From Azolla caroliniana (Eukaryota > Plantae > Polypodiophyta): DNA of 64,000 nt. A program made the position numbers and the translations under genes. This document shows positions 13,501 through 23,972 of the stretch, piece by piece. Numbering within the stretch: the first letter of the stretch is position 1; the number at the start of each line of letters is the position of its first letter. The notes under the pieces are model-generated. The model saw only the letters and a list, made by a program, of their open reading frames with translations. It had not been told where the DNA came from and did no database searches. The stretch covers positions 2,108,001 through 2,172,000 of the forward strand of contig JBHGNT010000014.1 in the NCBI GenBank assembly GCA_043228905.1, read 5' to 3'.

Positions 13501-13767
13501 CACACCCACACCAAAACCCTTTGATCTCCCAATTTTTTTCGAGAGGCTTGGGTGGAAATAAAATTAGGCTTAGTGTAAAGTCACTTGCTTTATGGAGTAT
13601 ACCATGTGTTGTACACTACTAGAACTCTTTTAGCTTAAGTTCTATTTTTACTTTATTTTATTTTAGTTATGATGATTGGATAAATACTCATTTTGTTGTA
13701 AACCAATTGTCTCATGGGCCAAATTTGGCCTTAGAAGTTGTTAATATATCTTTCTTTCTTTCTTTCT
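10576..13767 (+). mobile_element. 5'-truncated non-LTR retrotransposon (RTE-X-like LINE ORF2), degraded
   Basis: Endonuclease end (GADH), RT motifs (PIHKGG, QAGFR, KQGCPLS, LLYADDIVL, YVYLG), C-terminal LRISSHQLEIESGR...ICRLC...HFTCKC, and a (CTTT)n tail at 13750-13767. Confidence 0.85.
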
Positions 13768-13866
13768 ACACTCTCTTGCTACACATACTTCTTGGGAAAG
13801 AGGTGGAGGCTTAACTACGTACTAACTATGTATCATAGGAGTTAAGTTCTATGACACATTTGTTAT

Positions 13867-15500
13867 TGTAAAAGTTGTGTGCGGAAGCGTAAACACAACC
13901 GGCTTAGCCGGATAGCAGCAGAAAACAGAAACACGGGTTTAATGGAAAGCTTGAGAACAATATGTGTGAGAGAGACTGAGAGAGAGCGGAACACCCAATG
14001 TCTATTTCAAAAAATAAATTCAACACTCTACACATCGAATGTGCTTAGAGAGCACTTTTATACAAGTTGTTAAAAGGACTAACACAAGTACCGTCACTAC
14101 TTGAATGCTCATAAATGAGCTCCTATGCTAACTCCCAAATATATTTCTTCGCGGAATATCTTTCAAACGGCCTTCCGGCTGCCGCCGATCCGGCCTTGCC
14201 GATTGGTCTCTATCCGATCCGGCTCCTGGCTTCTTCAGCCAATCCGAGCCTAACCGACTGATCCAATCCGGTCCGGTTCTCGGGTTCTTCAGCTGATCCG
14301 GCCCAACTTGAGCTTGCTCTCTCAACACTCCCCTTCAAGCTCAACTTGAGGTTCCCCTTGACTCAAAGTCTGACTCTTTCTAGTGTCTCCACGTCTGGCT
14401 CGTGCTCCCTGTCCGATCCGGTTTTGCGTTCCTTGACCCCTCCAGTCCAACACTTCTTGACCCCTTTGGTTCCGCACATCCTTACCCTTTTGATCGGCTT
14501 GTCTGCTCTAAGTGCCTTGTCAACTCCCTCGCTATTGCGACTTTGGTGTTTATCGACCCGTCGAATCTTTCGTTTCGGTGTTGGCTTTGGCTGCCATCTT
14601 GTCCTCTTGTCCTCTTGTCCTCTTGTCAGCTTTCCGGTCTCTTCCACTCCTTTCGCTATTCCTCCCCCTCAAGTTCGGTAGGTCGAGGCGCTCCAAACCA
14701 AGCACACTTGAGATTTGCTGCAACTTGTCCAGGCCAAGGGGTTTAGTGAAGATATCGGCAGTTTGCCGATCCGTCGGAACATACACCATTTCAATTTCAC
14801 CAGAAAGAACAGGCTCGTAGATAGAATGATAGTGCACCTTAATGTGCTTGGTCCAATTTGCCTCATAGTGGCCCAATTTGCCACACTATCCACACTTGAC
14901 GGAATTGGTCTGTCGGCTTGGTTCGGCATGATAGCCCCCCCTTCTGCCGAACGCCCCTCTGTGTTTGCGACGTCTTGCTGGTAATAGAAGTTCTGTTCAT
15001 GTGATTGTCCTTGCCAGGTTGTTTTGGCCTTCTTCCGCGACTGTGTCTCCTTCCTCCCTCCGAATTTGAATACAACATGTGTCATTTTGATCCATTGCTC
15101 ATTGTTCGGATGTGACTTTCGTCGACCAGTAATATTGACTAGAGATTGAAGAAGGAGGGCGGATTCTCCCTTGTAAGAATCACCAACCTTATTCCACTAA
15201 AACAGGGTTCTAGGCCACTGAGGCATATTTGCACCATCTCATCATCGATCAATGTTAACATTGATCGAGTTGAGGGAGTCGCACAACTCCTTGATATTCA
15301 AGGTGTAGCTTGTGATCGACATATCCCTTTGTTTGATGCTACTCAACTCTTGACGGAGTTGAGGTTTATGTGCAGTTGTGTTGGCCACAAAGATCTTCTT
15401 GAGGTTCCCCCATGCCTCCTTCATCATTTTGGCCTCTCGGATATAGCCGAGCATGTGATCGTGAACACATGACACCAAGCAGTAAAGCACACGACTTGCT
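13867..15500 (-). mobile_element. Internally deleted copia element related to 47089-49691
   Basis: 3' LTR at 13867-14327 with adjacent PPT, RNase H end TKHIKVHYH...ADIFTKPLG, and a gag piece (LYCLVSCVHDHMLGYI) matching 47633-47890. Confidence 0.8.
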
Positions 15501-15559
15501 ACTATCGTAGTGTATGTCATACACACTGTGGAACACGTATGGAGTACCCGAATGAGTAG

Positions 15560-15776
15560 GTATGATAGTCATTGTGGAAAATTTTCCTCAAATAGTCATT
15601 GCAAGAGTATAATCTTTTAAATATAGTCCAATCGGATATGATCGATTCAGCTATTAGCCGAGTCGATTATTGATCGATTGTTGACTAGTCAATTTTTCAG
15701 CCTCGGCCTAGTTACCCATTGACTCCAACCGATCTAGCTCATGCTCTTCCCATCCGGAGGGACCTGTTTCCCAACA
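15560..15776 (-). mobile_element. 5' fragment of a copia LTR
   Basis: cttcccatccggagggacctgtttcccaaca is the reverse complement of the shared LTR start TGTTGGGAAACAGGTCCCTCCGGATGGGAAG. Left boundary approximate. Confidence 0.6.
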
Positions 15777-16412
15777 AAAGGGCCATAGAACAAACCAAAT
15801 AGGATGTTATGTAAACCAATGGGCAATATAGTGTCAAAGGAACCCACATACCTTGTAAAAAGCTTATAAAGCCACCTTCCGGGGACTTTGGTGGCCCTTC
15901 TTTGATCTTAGGTTTTCACCTTCCCTTTAGTGAGTTAGAGCTCCTATTCTATTCCCCCAATCTCCCATAAAAGCTTAATCTCTTCACTCTTGTATGGTGT
16001 TTCCTCTTTGTAATAAGAAGTGGTGTATTATCTCTTAATCTTATTTATCTTTACATTCATGAAGCGATATCGTAAGGGCAAGCTCGTTAGATGTTATTAA
16101 GTGAGAGCCACTTAAAGTTGGGATACAGACTAACATATTGTCAATTAATCTATATAAGAATACATTGACGGTAGAACACTAAGACATGGTTGCTATAATA
16201 GTCATTACGAACATACGAGGAAACGATTGAAGAGTTAATGTTTATTTACACTACCATAGTACATAATCATAGCTATGACAACCCAGGTTGCCATACAATA
16301 TACCTCCCTCCCCCCCTTCCCCAACGCACACAAGTAGCAATGGGCACGGTTCGGTTCGGTTTCAAGGCAAAGAAACCGAAACCGTTCATATAAAACAAAA
16401 CCAAACCAAACT

Positions 16413-16534
16413 GTTTAGGGAAAAGTTGACACAACAACAATACTCTATTAATGGAACCCATGATATGAAGAGGGTTTAGGGAAATGTTGACACAACAACA
16501 ATACTCTATTAATGGAACCCATGATATGAAGAGG
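16413..16534. repeat. 61-bp tandem duplication upstream of the F-box gene
   Basis: gtttagggaaa.gttgacacaacaacaatactctattaatggaacccatgatatgaagagg occurs twice, starting at 16413 and 16474. Confidence 0.85.
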
Positions 16535-16942
16535 TGTGGGGTGAGTAATGTTTGTCCAAGAGACTAGAGTATTTGGCTATGAAACGATCCGACAAAGGTG
16601 TTAAAATATAGATAGTTCAGAGATTTACATACGTGTACCGTTTCTCGTGTGTGTGTGTGTTGTTGTCCCTGCTTAATCCTCAAAGGGGCCACACAAGAGA
16701 AGAAAATTTTATGAAGAAGAAATTTTTTATTAAGAAATGCTTATGAAGAAGAAGAAGAAGAAGAAGAAGAAGAAGAAGAAGGAAGAGACCAAGTCTTCTT
16801 TCTTCTTCAGGAAAGTTTCAGGAAATTATGAATCTGGCCACACACACAGCAACGCAGAAATTCAGTCAACTTCCTGCTCTGTGTATTTCCATCGCCCGCT
16901 AAACTTTAACTTTAACTAATTCATCAATCCACACAAGCTTCC

Positions 16943-17302
16943 ATGGCAGCCTCCCACAGCTCCGTATTGCTTGGCCATGGCCATGATCTCTTGGTCTCTC
17001 AACACACACATGATGCTCCTCATCCTGCTACAGATGGTGATAATGGTGATAATGGTGATGGTGATTTTGATGGTAATGGTGATGGATCGGCTCTTGCAGA
17101 TCTCCTGCACATCATCCCCTTCCTCTTCCCCAAGGATGTCTGTAAACTGTCTTCAATGTGTAAGACTGTGCGTGCCGTTGCAGATTCCGACCATGTCTGG
17201 GCTCATAAGGTCCCGATTTACCCTGGACCTGATGTCGCTCCTCATCATCTTGTCTCCCAGAAGAAGAAAACCTACTTCCATCTCCGATCTGATGTGCCTC
17301 AG
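16943..17302 (+). CDS. F-box/PP2 protein, exon 1 (F-box motif)
   Basis: LADLLHIIPFLFPKDVCKLSSMCKTVRAVADSDHVW is an F-box signature. Phase-0 GT donor at 17303. Confidence 0.85.
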
Positions 17303-17431
17303 GTAGACGTATCTTGTCTGTTTTCCTTCAGTAGCATGTCATCATTGTATGGGACACATCTGGATGGCATTGGTTCGACCTTCCAATATTCTCACTGTTC
17401 TTTTTTTTTCTTTTTCCTTTGATATGTGCAG

Positions 17432-17550
17432 CAACTCTGGTCGGATCCTGCTATAGCTCAAGGGAGCTATTTTATACCAGCGAGAAGAATAGATATTACA
17501 TGGATAGCTAATCATAGTTACTGGCAATGGCAACCACAACCAGGTTCTTG
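17432..17550 (+). CDS. F-box/PP2 protein, exon 2
   Basis: Pyrimidine tract plus tgcag acceptor; translates QLWSDPAIAQGSYFIPARRIDITWIANHSYWQW, the PP2 motif AR.L.ITW....YW.W. Phase-2 GT donor at 17551. Confidence 0.85.
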
Positions 17551-17611
17551 GTAAATCTTTCAACCAAACATATTCTGTCTAAACTGTTGCATCGTTTGAA
17601 TAATATCATTG

Positions 17612-18482
17612 AGGGAGATCATGATCAGTTGCCATGGCAACAACCCCAACCAACCAGGTTCTTCGGTGAGTCTTGGCTGTAAAGTAAGGCAGAGATAGAT
17701 AGATCAGTTGCCATGGCAACCAGAACCAGGTTCTTTGGTAAAATCTATCTTTCGAGCAAGGCAGAGATAGATATAGACCAGTTGCCATGGGAACCACAAC
17801 CAGGTTCTTTGGTAAATCTTATCTGTCAAGCAAGGCAGAGATAGATATAGACCAGTTTCATGGCAACCAGAACCAGGTTCTTTGGTAAAATCTATCTGTC
17901 AAGCAATGCAGAGATAGATATAGACCAGTTGCCATGGGAACCACAACCAGGTTCTTTGGTAAGTCTTATCTGTCAAGCAAAGCAGAGATAGATATAGACC
18001 AGTTTCGATGGCAACCACAACTAGTTTCTTTGGTAAAATCTTATCTTTCAAGCAAGGCAGAGATGGATATAGACCGGTTGCCATGGGAACCACAACCAGG
18101 TTCTTTGGTAAGTCTTATCTGTCAAGCAAGGCAGAGATAGATATAGACCAGTTCCAGGTTCTTTGGTAGAATCTATCTTTCGAGTAAGGCAGAGATAGAT
18201 ATAGACCAGTTGCCATGGCAACCAGAACCAGGTTCTTTGGTAGAATCTATCTTTCGAGCAAGGCAGAGATAGATATAGACCAGTTGCCATGGCAACCAGA
18301 ACCAGGTTCTTTGGTAAAATCTATCTTTCGAGAAAGGCAGAGATAGATATAGACCAGTTTCCATGGCAACCAGAACCAGGTTCTTTGGTAGAATCTATCT
18401 TTCTAGCAAGGCAGAGATAGATATAGACCAGTTGCCATGGCAACCAGAACCAGGTTCTTTGGTAAAATCTATCTGTCAAGCA
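17612..18482 (+). repeat. About 12 copies of a ~74-bp intronic tandem repeat containing a copy of the exon-2 end and splice donor
   Basis: Units start near 17612 (degenerate), 17689, 17761, 17835, 17908, 17982, 18057, 18131, 18189, 18263, 18337 and 18411. Core ccatggcaaccagaaccaggttctttggtaa versus exon end caatggcaaccacaaccaggttcttg|gtaa. Confidence 0.9.
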
Positions 18483-18647
18483 ACATAGACACTGCTGAAA
18501 TTGTGCATCTTTTGAGCATTATTATTAGGGTGGAGATGATGATAAGTTTCCATGGTTCTTTGGTGGGTCTATCTGTGAAGCAAGATACAGCTGAAATTGG
18601 GTGGGTGCATGTTTTTTTTTGTCTTGTCCATATGATGCTTCCCGTAG

Positions 18648-19056
18648 GTTCGGCGAATCAGCGTGCCTGAAGAGTGTATGCTGGTTGGAGATGGTGGCCG
18701 ACACGAAGGGCATGGTGTTCCGCCCGGGAGTATATGTCGTCTCCTTCAGGATCATGCTAATCAACCCGACCGGCTTCCGAAACCACCCCGTTAGGCTACA
18801 CTTGTGGACGTCCGATGGACAACGTGCCGACACCGAGCGGTTCCTTGAAGGCGACCAGTTCAGGTGTGGAACCATCGCACCCCTACGACCCACCGGCGGC
18901 GGATGGCTCGATCTCGACCTCGGGGAGTTCACGGTCGAATCCGAAGTGCCACTTACCGTGTGGTTTAAACTCACCGAGATCGAAGGTGTAGGATGGAAAA
19001 GTGGGTTGGTCATCGATTGTGTGAAGATTCAGTTGTCGAGTGCTATTTATGTATAG
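18648..19056 (+). CDS. F-box/PP2 protein, exon 3 (PP2 lectin domain C-terminal part)
   Basis: cccgtag acceptor; FGESACLKSVCWLEM...GWLDLDLGEF...WKSGLVIDCVKI. The spliced CDS is 888 nt, in frame, 295 aa. Confidence 0.85.
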
Positions 19057-19385
19057 TGTGTGAAGACTCGGTTGTCAGTTAATATGTATAGTGTATATTA
19101 GATGATTCGTGTAAGCACTTGGTTGTCGAGTGCTATTTAACATGTATAGTGTGCATTGGATACTTCATGTAAAGATGTGGTTGACCTGTTAATATGTATA
19201 GTCTGTGTTCGATGATTTGTGTGAAGATTCCGTTGCCAAATGCTATTTAATATGTATAGTGTACATTCAATGCTTCGTGTGAAGACTCGGTTGTCCTGTT
19301 AATATGTATAGTGTTGTCTTCGATGATTCGTGTGAAGATTCCATTGTCAAATGCCATTTATGTACATATAGTGTGCACTCGATGC
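19015..19385 (+). repeat. Degenerate ~50-55-bp tandem repeat derived from the gene's last codons and stop
   Basis: Recurring gtgtgaagattc.gttgtc...tatgtatagtgt; the first copy is the coding end CVKIQLSSAIYV*. Confidence 0.75.
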
Positions 19386-19435
19386 TTTTAAGAGGTCAAA
19401 ACATTTGTGATTAGAAATTCATTAACTTTGTTTAC

Positions 19436-19514
19436 GAGGGATTCGAACCCTCAGTATCTCTCCAAATACTTCGGTTTTCAAGATCGACTCTTTAAACCAC
19501 TCAGACATCCATCC
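19436..19514 (-). tRNA. trnS-UGA: Truncated tRNA-Ser(UGA) of plant mitochondrial type (pseudo, probable NUMT)
   Basis: Minus strand GGATGGATGTCTGAGTGGTTTAAAGAGTCGATCTTGAAAACCGAAGTATT...ATACTGAGGGTTCGAATCCCTC has a TGA anticodon, long variable arm and GTTCGAATC T-loop. The 3' acceptor strand is missing. Confidence 0.8.
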
Positions 19515-21039
19515 CTTTCCCAACAAGATTACAAGTGATTTGAGGTAAATTGGTATTTGAATGATTCATATACCTCGTTTCGGATTTCAAATGGGCCTCT
19601 CATTTTGTCAATGTAGATGTTTACCTCGCAATATTTCACTTCGATTAGTCAAGGCCTAAAATAAAAGAATGGCTGGTTTCATTGCCACCAAATCAATTAC
19701 CATACCGAAAAGTGATAGTTAAATATAGTTTCCAAAAACATTGCAATAAATTAATCAAACTATTTCAATAGTTTGTATGTTATCCTTTTGACTTTTGTTT
19801 GACTTCTTAATTCTTCATTGGATTATTAGTTGTGTTTAAACTTGTACACCAACCATAACTATATGAATCATCTTGCATCCCAACATGTTTCTATGTGGCC
19901 CCAATATTAGGGAACCCAATCCCATCACTAGCTTAAGCACAAAGTTGTTGATAGTTGAGTACTAACCTTCCTTAGTAGTTAGTTAGGGTATGTGCCAGTC
20001 CACTTACTGAGTCTAGTCATATGTTATATTTATTCTTGCAGTAATGAATGATAACCTTCCATGAAATTCACTAATTAGCCAAATTTGATGGATAAATCAT
20101 ATATATTTATAAAGTTCCACTAATTTTTGTAAACAAGAAAAATGATGAGAGGTTGTATTGTTGTTTAATGTTTTTACTTACATAATAACCCATACACTCA
20201 TTATAACATGTGTATATGTACCTATTAGAGTTTGGGTGCATGAGCATGCACTCCTTTGGGTAGGGCAAATGTGTGCTAGAGTCTCCCCTTGCAAGAAATG
20301 GATTGGGGATACATTGTAATGATTGAAGTGAATGCTTTAGACATCCTATTTACTCTCCCATCAATGTAGATTGGTATTGCTAATAAGCATATAATGTCAT
20401 ATAAAAGTGACACCCCCCTCATGTACCTAGTATTCGATGTCGTTAAGCTATATAGTAGATGAGTTTGTTTTTCATTGTATAATCATCCCCCATTATATAG
20501 TTAATTATCTGCTTTTCATTTTATATTCATACCCTACTTTGTCATCCTTGTATAATCAATATATAGTTGATTAGTTGTTTATTATCGTAGAGTCATCATT
20601 GTCTTTGGTAACCTTGTGTATTCTCTCGCTCTTTGGTACAATGCTCTACATTTGAGTAGGCTTTCCACACATCTTCAACCCAACTCAATCCTTGCATGGA
20701 TTTTGCTCACAAACATTGTATGTACTTTCAATTGAAAAATTCACTAGCAATGTTCGTAAACATCAAGATTCACTGCTCACTTTCAGGTGTGTTGAGTGAA
20801 AATGTTATATTTTTTGTCTAATAGGTCATATTTGACTTCCATGGATGATGATAAAATTTGTCTATCCATCTATCTCTCATCTCATATGCATATTATGATT
20901 TAATTTGTCTCCAGAGGATAATATCTTAATTCTTTACATTGTATTGAAGCATGAATTGTAATCATCAACTCCTTTGTTCTTCTTTAGATTCAACTTCTTA
21001 TTATTTTGATTGCCGAACTTTGCTAATCCATTATTGTCA

Positions 21040-22960
21040 ATCTTTTAAACAGATTTGTGAAATTAACCTCCACTTGTTTCAACTTTTTATTGGTGAGAAT
21101 TGTTGCGACTGTCTCTGTAAATCTAGGTACTAACTTGAGTAACTCAGCCAAGGGTGAAGTTATCTGTTAGTCCACAAGCACCTACCATGTGGGATCATTT
21201 TCTAGTATTGACTCCATTACTTCGTTCTTCTTATCGGTAACTGGTACCTTTTCAACTATTTCACTATTCTCTTGTATCATTTGGTTGACATTCCATTTAT
21301 TTGCTTGTTCGACCCATTCTTGAGTGGTTTGTCAAATAGCTTCTGAGGTGTCCCATTCGGTTTTCACTTTTTGTACCTCTACGGTTACCATATTTACCGT
21401 TGGAGCCTTCCCTTTTTCCTTGGTTGAACATTGATTTGCATAGTGCCCATCTTTTCTACAGAAATAGCAATTAGGTTATGTTGGCCCATTGGCTTCGCCA
21501 TTCTCATAACGTAATTGTTGAACATCTTGTGTCTCTAGCTCGTGTTGGTTTTTAGAATTATACTAAAATTGTCGAGACGCCTTGGGTTGCCTATTGTCGT
21601 CTCAACGTTCGTCATTGAATCGATGATTTGTTTGTCGATTGTCATCATCTCTCCTTTAGTCATATAACCGCATGTCATCGTGATGTCAATGACCTTTATA
21701 AGAACGTTGATCATGTCTATCATGTCATGGTGAGTAATCACGCTCATATGGGTGACGACTATCCCTCCTATAATCATTTTTACGGTTATTGTCTCTTTGA
21801 TAATCACCGTAGTGATCATCCCTTCGATAGTCATATCGCTAATTCCGATCTAACCAATAATGGTCCTCATATCGCGGCCGATCATCATCTCGAAACCGGT
21901 GTTGTTGATTCGTATCTTCCATGTGGTCTTCATGTGGTTGTATTTGTCTTACTAGAGCCACGGCCTTATTAAGAAGATTATATTAGCATTGATTGATTGT
22001 ATGCGCCTTTGAATGACAAATTGGACAGTGCGTGCGTAATGTGCATTCTATTGTAGAATGCCTGAGATCCAAACATGTCCTGCCTTGAATAGCTTGTCGG
22101 AACCTTAATTCTTCCGAAGTTGGTAAAGATTTCTGTAATGATGTAATGGGCATATTATTACTTGTTTGGGTTTTATCTAGTACAAGCGCTTTGTCAATCA
22201 CCTGTTCGAGGGATTGATCCTTAAAATCAAACACAACTAGTGTCATCCGAAGCGGCTCTCGGAGTGCCGATAAGAAAGTGTCCTTGACTTCTTCCTCAGG
22301 AAGAGGTCGTGCTAATTGTTGCCAAAGGTTTTAAAACCTAATAATAAATTGTGGAATGGTCTCATGAACTTCTTGGCAAGCCGCATAAAACTGGCTCATG
22401 AGTTCTCTTTTTGGAACTTGTCGGTGAAACAGCCTGATAAACTTACTAGTTAATTGTTTAAATGATTCAAACTCACCTTCCTCATGCTATGAATACCAAT
22501 TTGCTGATTGTCCATCTAGTGACAATCCAAATTTCGCGATCTTGGATTTGTCGGCATCCACTTTTGACAATCTCTGGGATACATGGTTAGCTTGCCATGT
22601 CACAAGGAAAACACGTATGTGCACTTCCGCATCGGCTTCATAATTGTACTCAGAATAGGGATACATCATTGTATCCTCTTGAAAAACTTGTCCTAAGTTT
22701 GTGAAGTAACTGGAATGGTCGAATGACTCCTCATCTGAACTACCATTAGTGTTGAATCGGGAACCTCTATTAATTCCCCTTTAGCTTCTTGTTGAATTAG
22801 TTCGACGACTCCAAATTAGTGGAATTACCTTTCTTTGCACGTCGGCTCTCCGATCTCATGCGTGGTCTTTTGCTTCATGCAGGCTGGTCTGTATTAGGTC
22901 GATTGGACATCTATTCCCCTTGTTCTCTGCTGATAACAAATGTAACCGGGTGTGCCAAAT
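21040..22960 (-). mobile_element. Degraded Ty3/gypsy gag region
   Basis: Retrotransposon-gag-like HIRVFLVTW...FGLSLDGQSANWY; knuckles CPICHSKAHTINQC and CYFCRKDGHYANQC (about 21430-21472); possible PBS tggcacacccgg near 22947-22958. Confidence 0.65.
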
Positions 22961-23972
22961 TATTGTGTTGTCTTTGTTGACCGACACAATGAGTCGAACG
23001 TCTTAATCAGTAAGTCGTTCTATCGAGACGATTGTGGTGGGAGATGGAATGTTGCCGACCCCGACAATTACTTAGAACATTACATAGATAATCATGTTCG
23101 CGTTCAGAAGTGGAAGGATCGCACATTCTACTTTTAGATTTCTTTTATAATTATGCAAATCTATGATATATATAGAAACTTGTTACACCATGTTCATCAA
23201 ATTGTTTAGAATTTGCAGAATTGTTAATATTTAACAAGTTTCAAAGTAAAAATTGTATTATGCAATATGCAAAGTTGGTATCAATGTTGAGAAAATCATG
23301 ATCTTTGGATATAAAATGTAGTTAAATTACAGACTATGAACATTTGAATCAACATTTGTATCCAGGTTTAACCATCGTGCGGAGGTGTAGGGACGAGAAA
23401 TGGAAGTCATAACTATAGTAAATGTTAATGATTATGTATTTTGCACTCGAATACTTAGTGAATGTTGCCCGATATAATACCTTACCCTAATGTTAGTAAG
23501 AAAGAAGCAAATCAAACATATGGACACTATGGACATAATTTCCATGTTAAATATCATCTAGAGTTTCCCCAATACACACCCATGAAAGAGGACACCCACA
23601 CACACATATCATATAATGGATACACCTGGACACTCATTATGGTCACACCCAAAAGTAAGGTGGGCACACAATGTAGAACAAACTCGATGATCAAAAGTGA
23701 ATCTTAGATTAAAACAATTATAAAATGTACGTCGATTATAACATGTAACGTAGTAAAGCTTAGTAATGTTATAACATCGATTAAAACAGGTACCTCAAGT
23801 ATTAAAACATGTACGTCGATAGCAACAACACAAATGTAACAATATAAACAATTAAAGAAACAATATAAACATCGGTAGTCATATCTAAAGAAACAATATA
23901 AACATGGAATTAAACTTAGATTACAGAGAACAAAAATTTAATTACAATGTTTTTGATAAAATACAAAACTCT

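Noticed and set aside
16737-16919. Poly-lysine ORF
   Set aside because: It is a (GAA)n microsatellite in the upstream region of the F-box gene.
17612-18482. Possible CRISPR array
   Set aside because: Units are contiguous near-identical repeats with no unique spacers, there are no cas genes, and the context is a eukaryotic intron.
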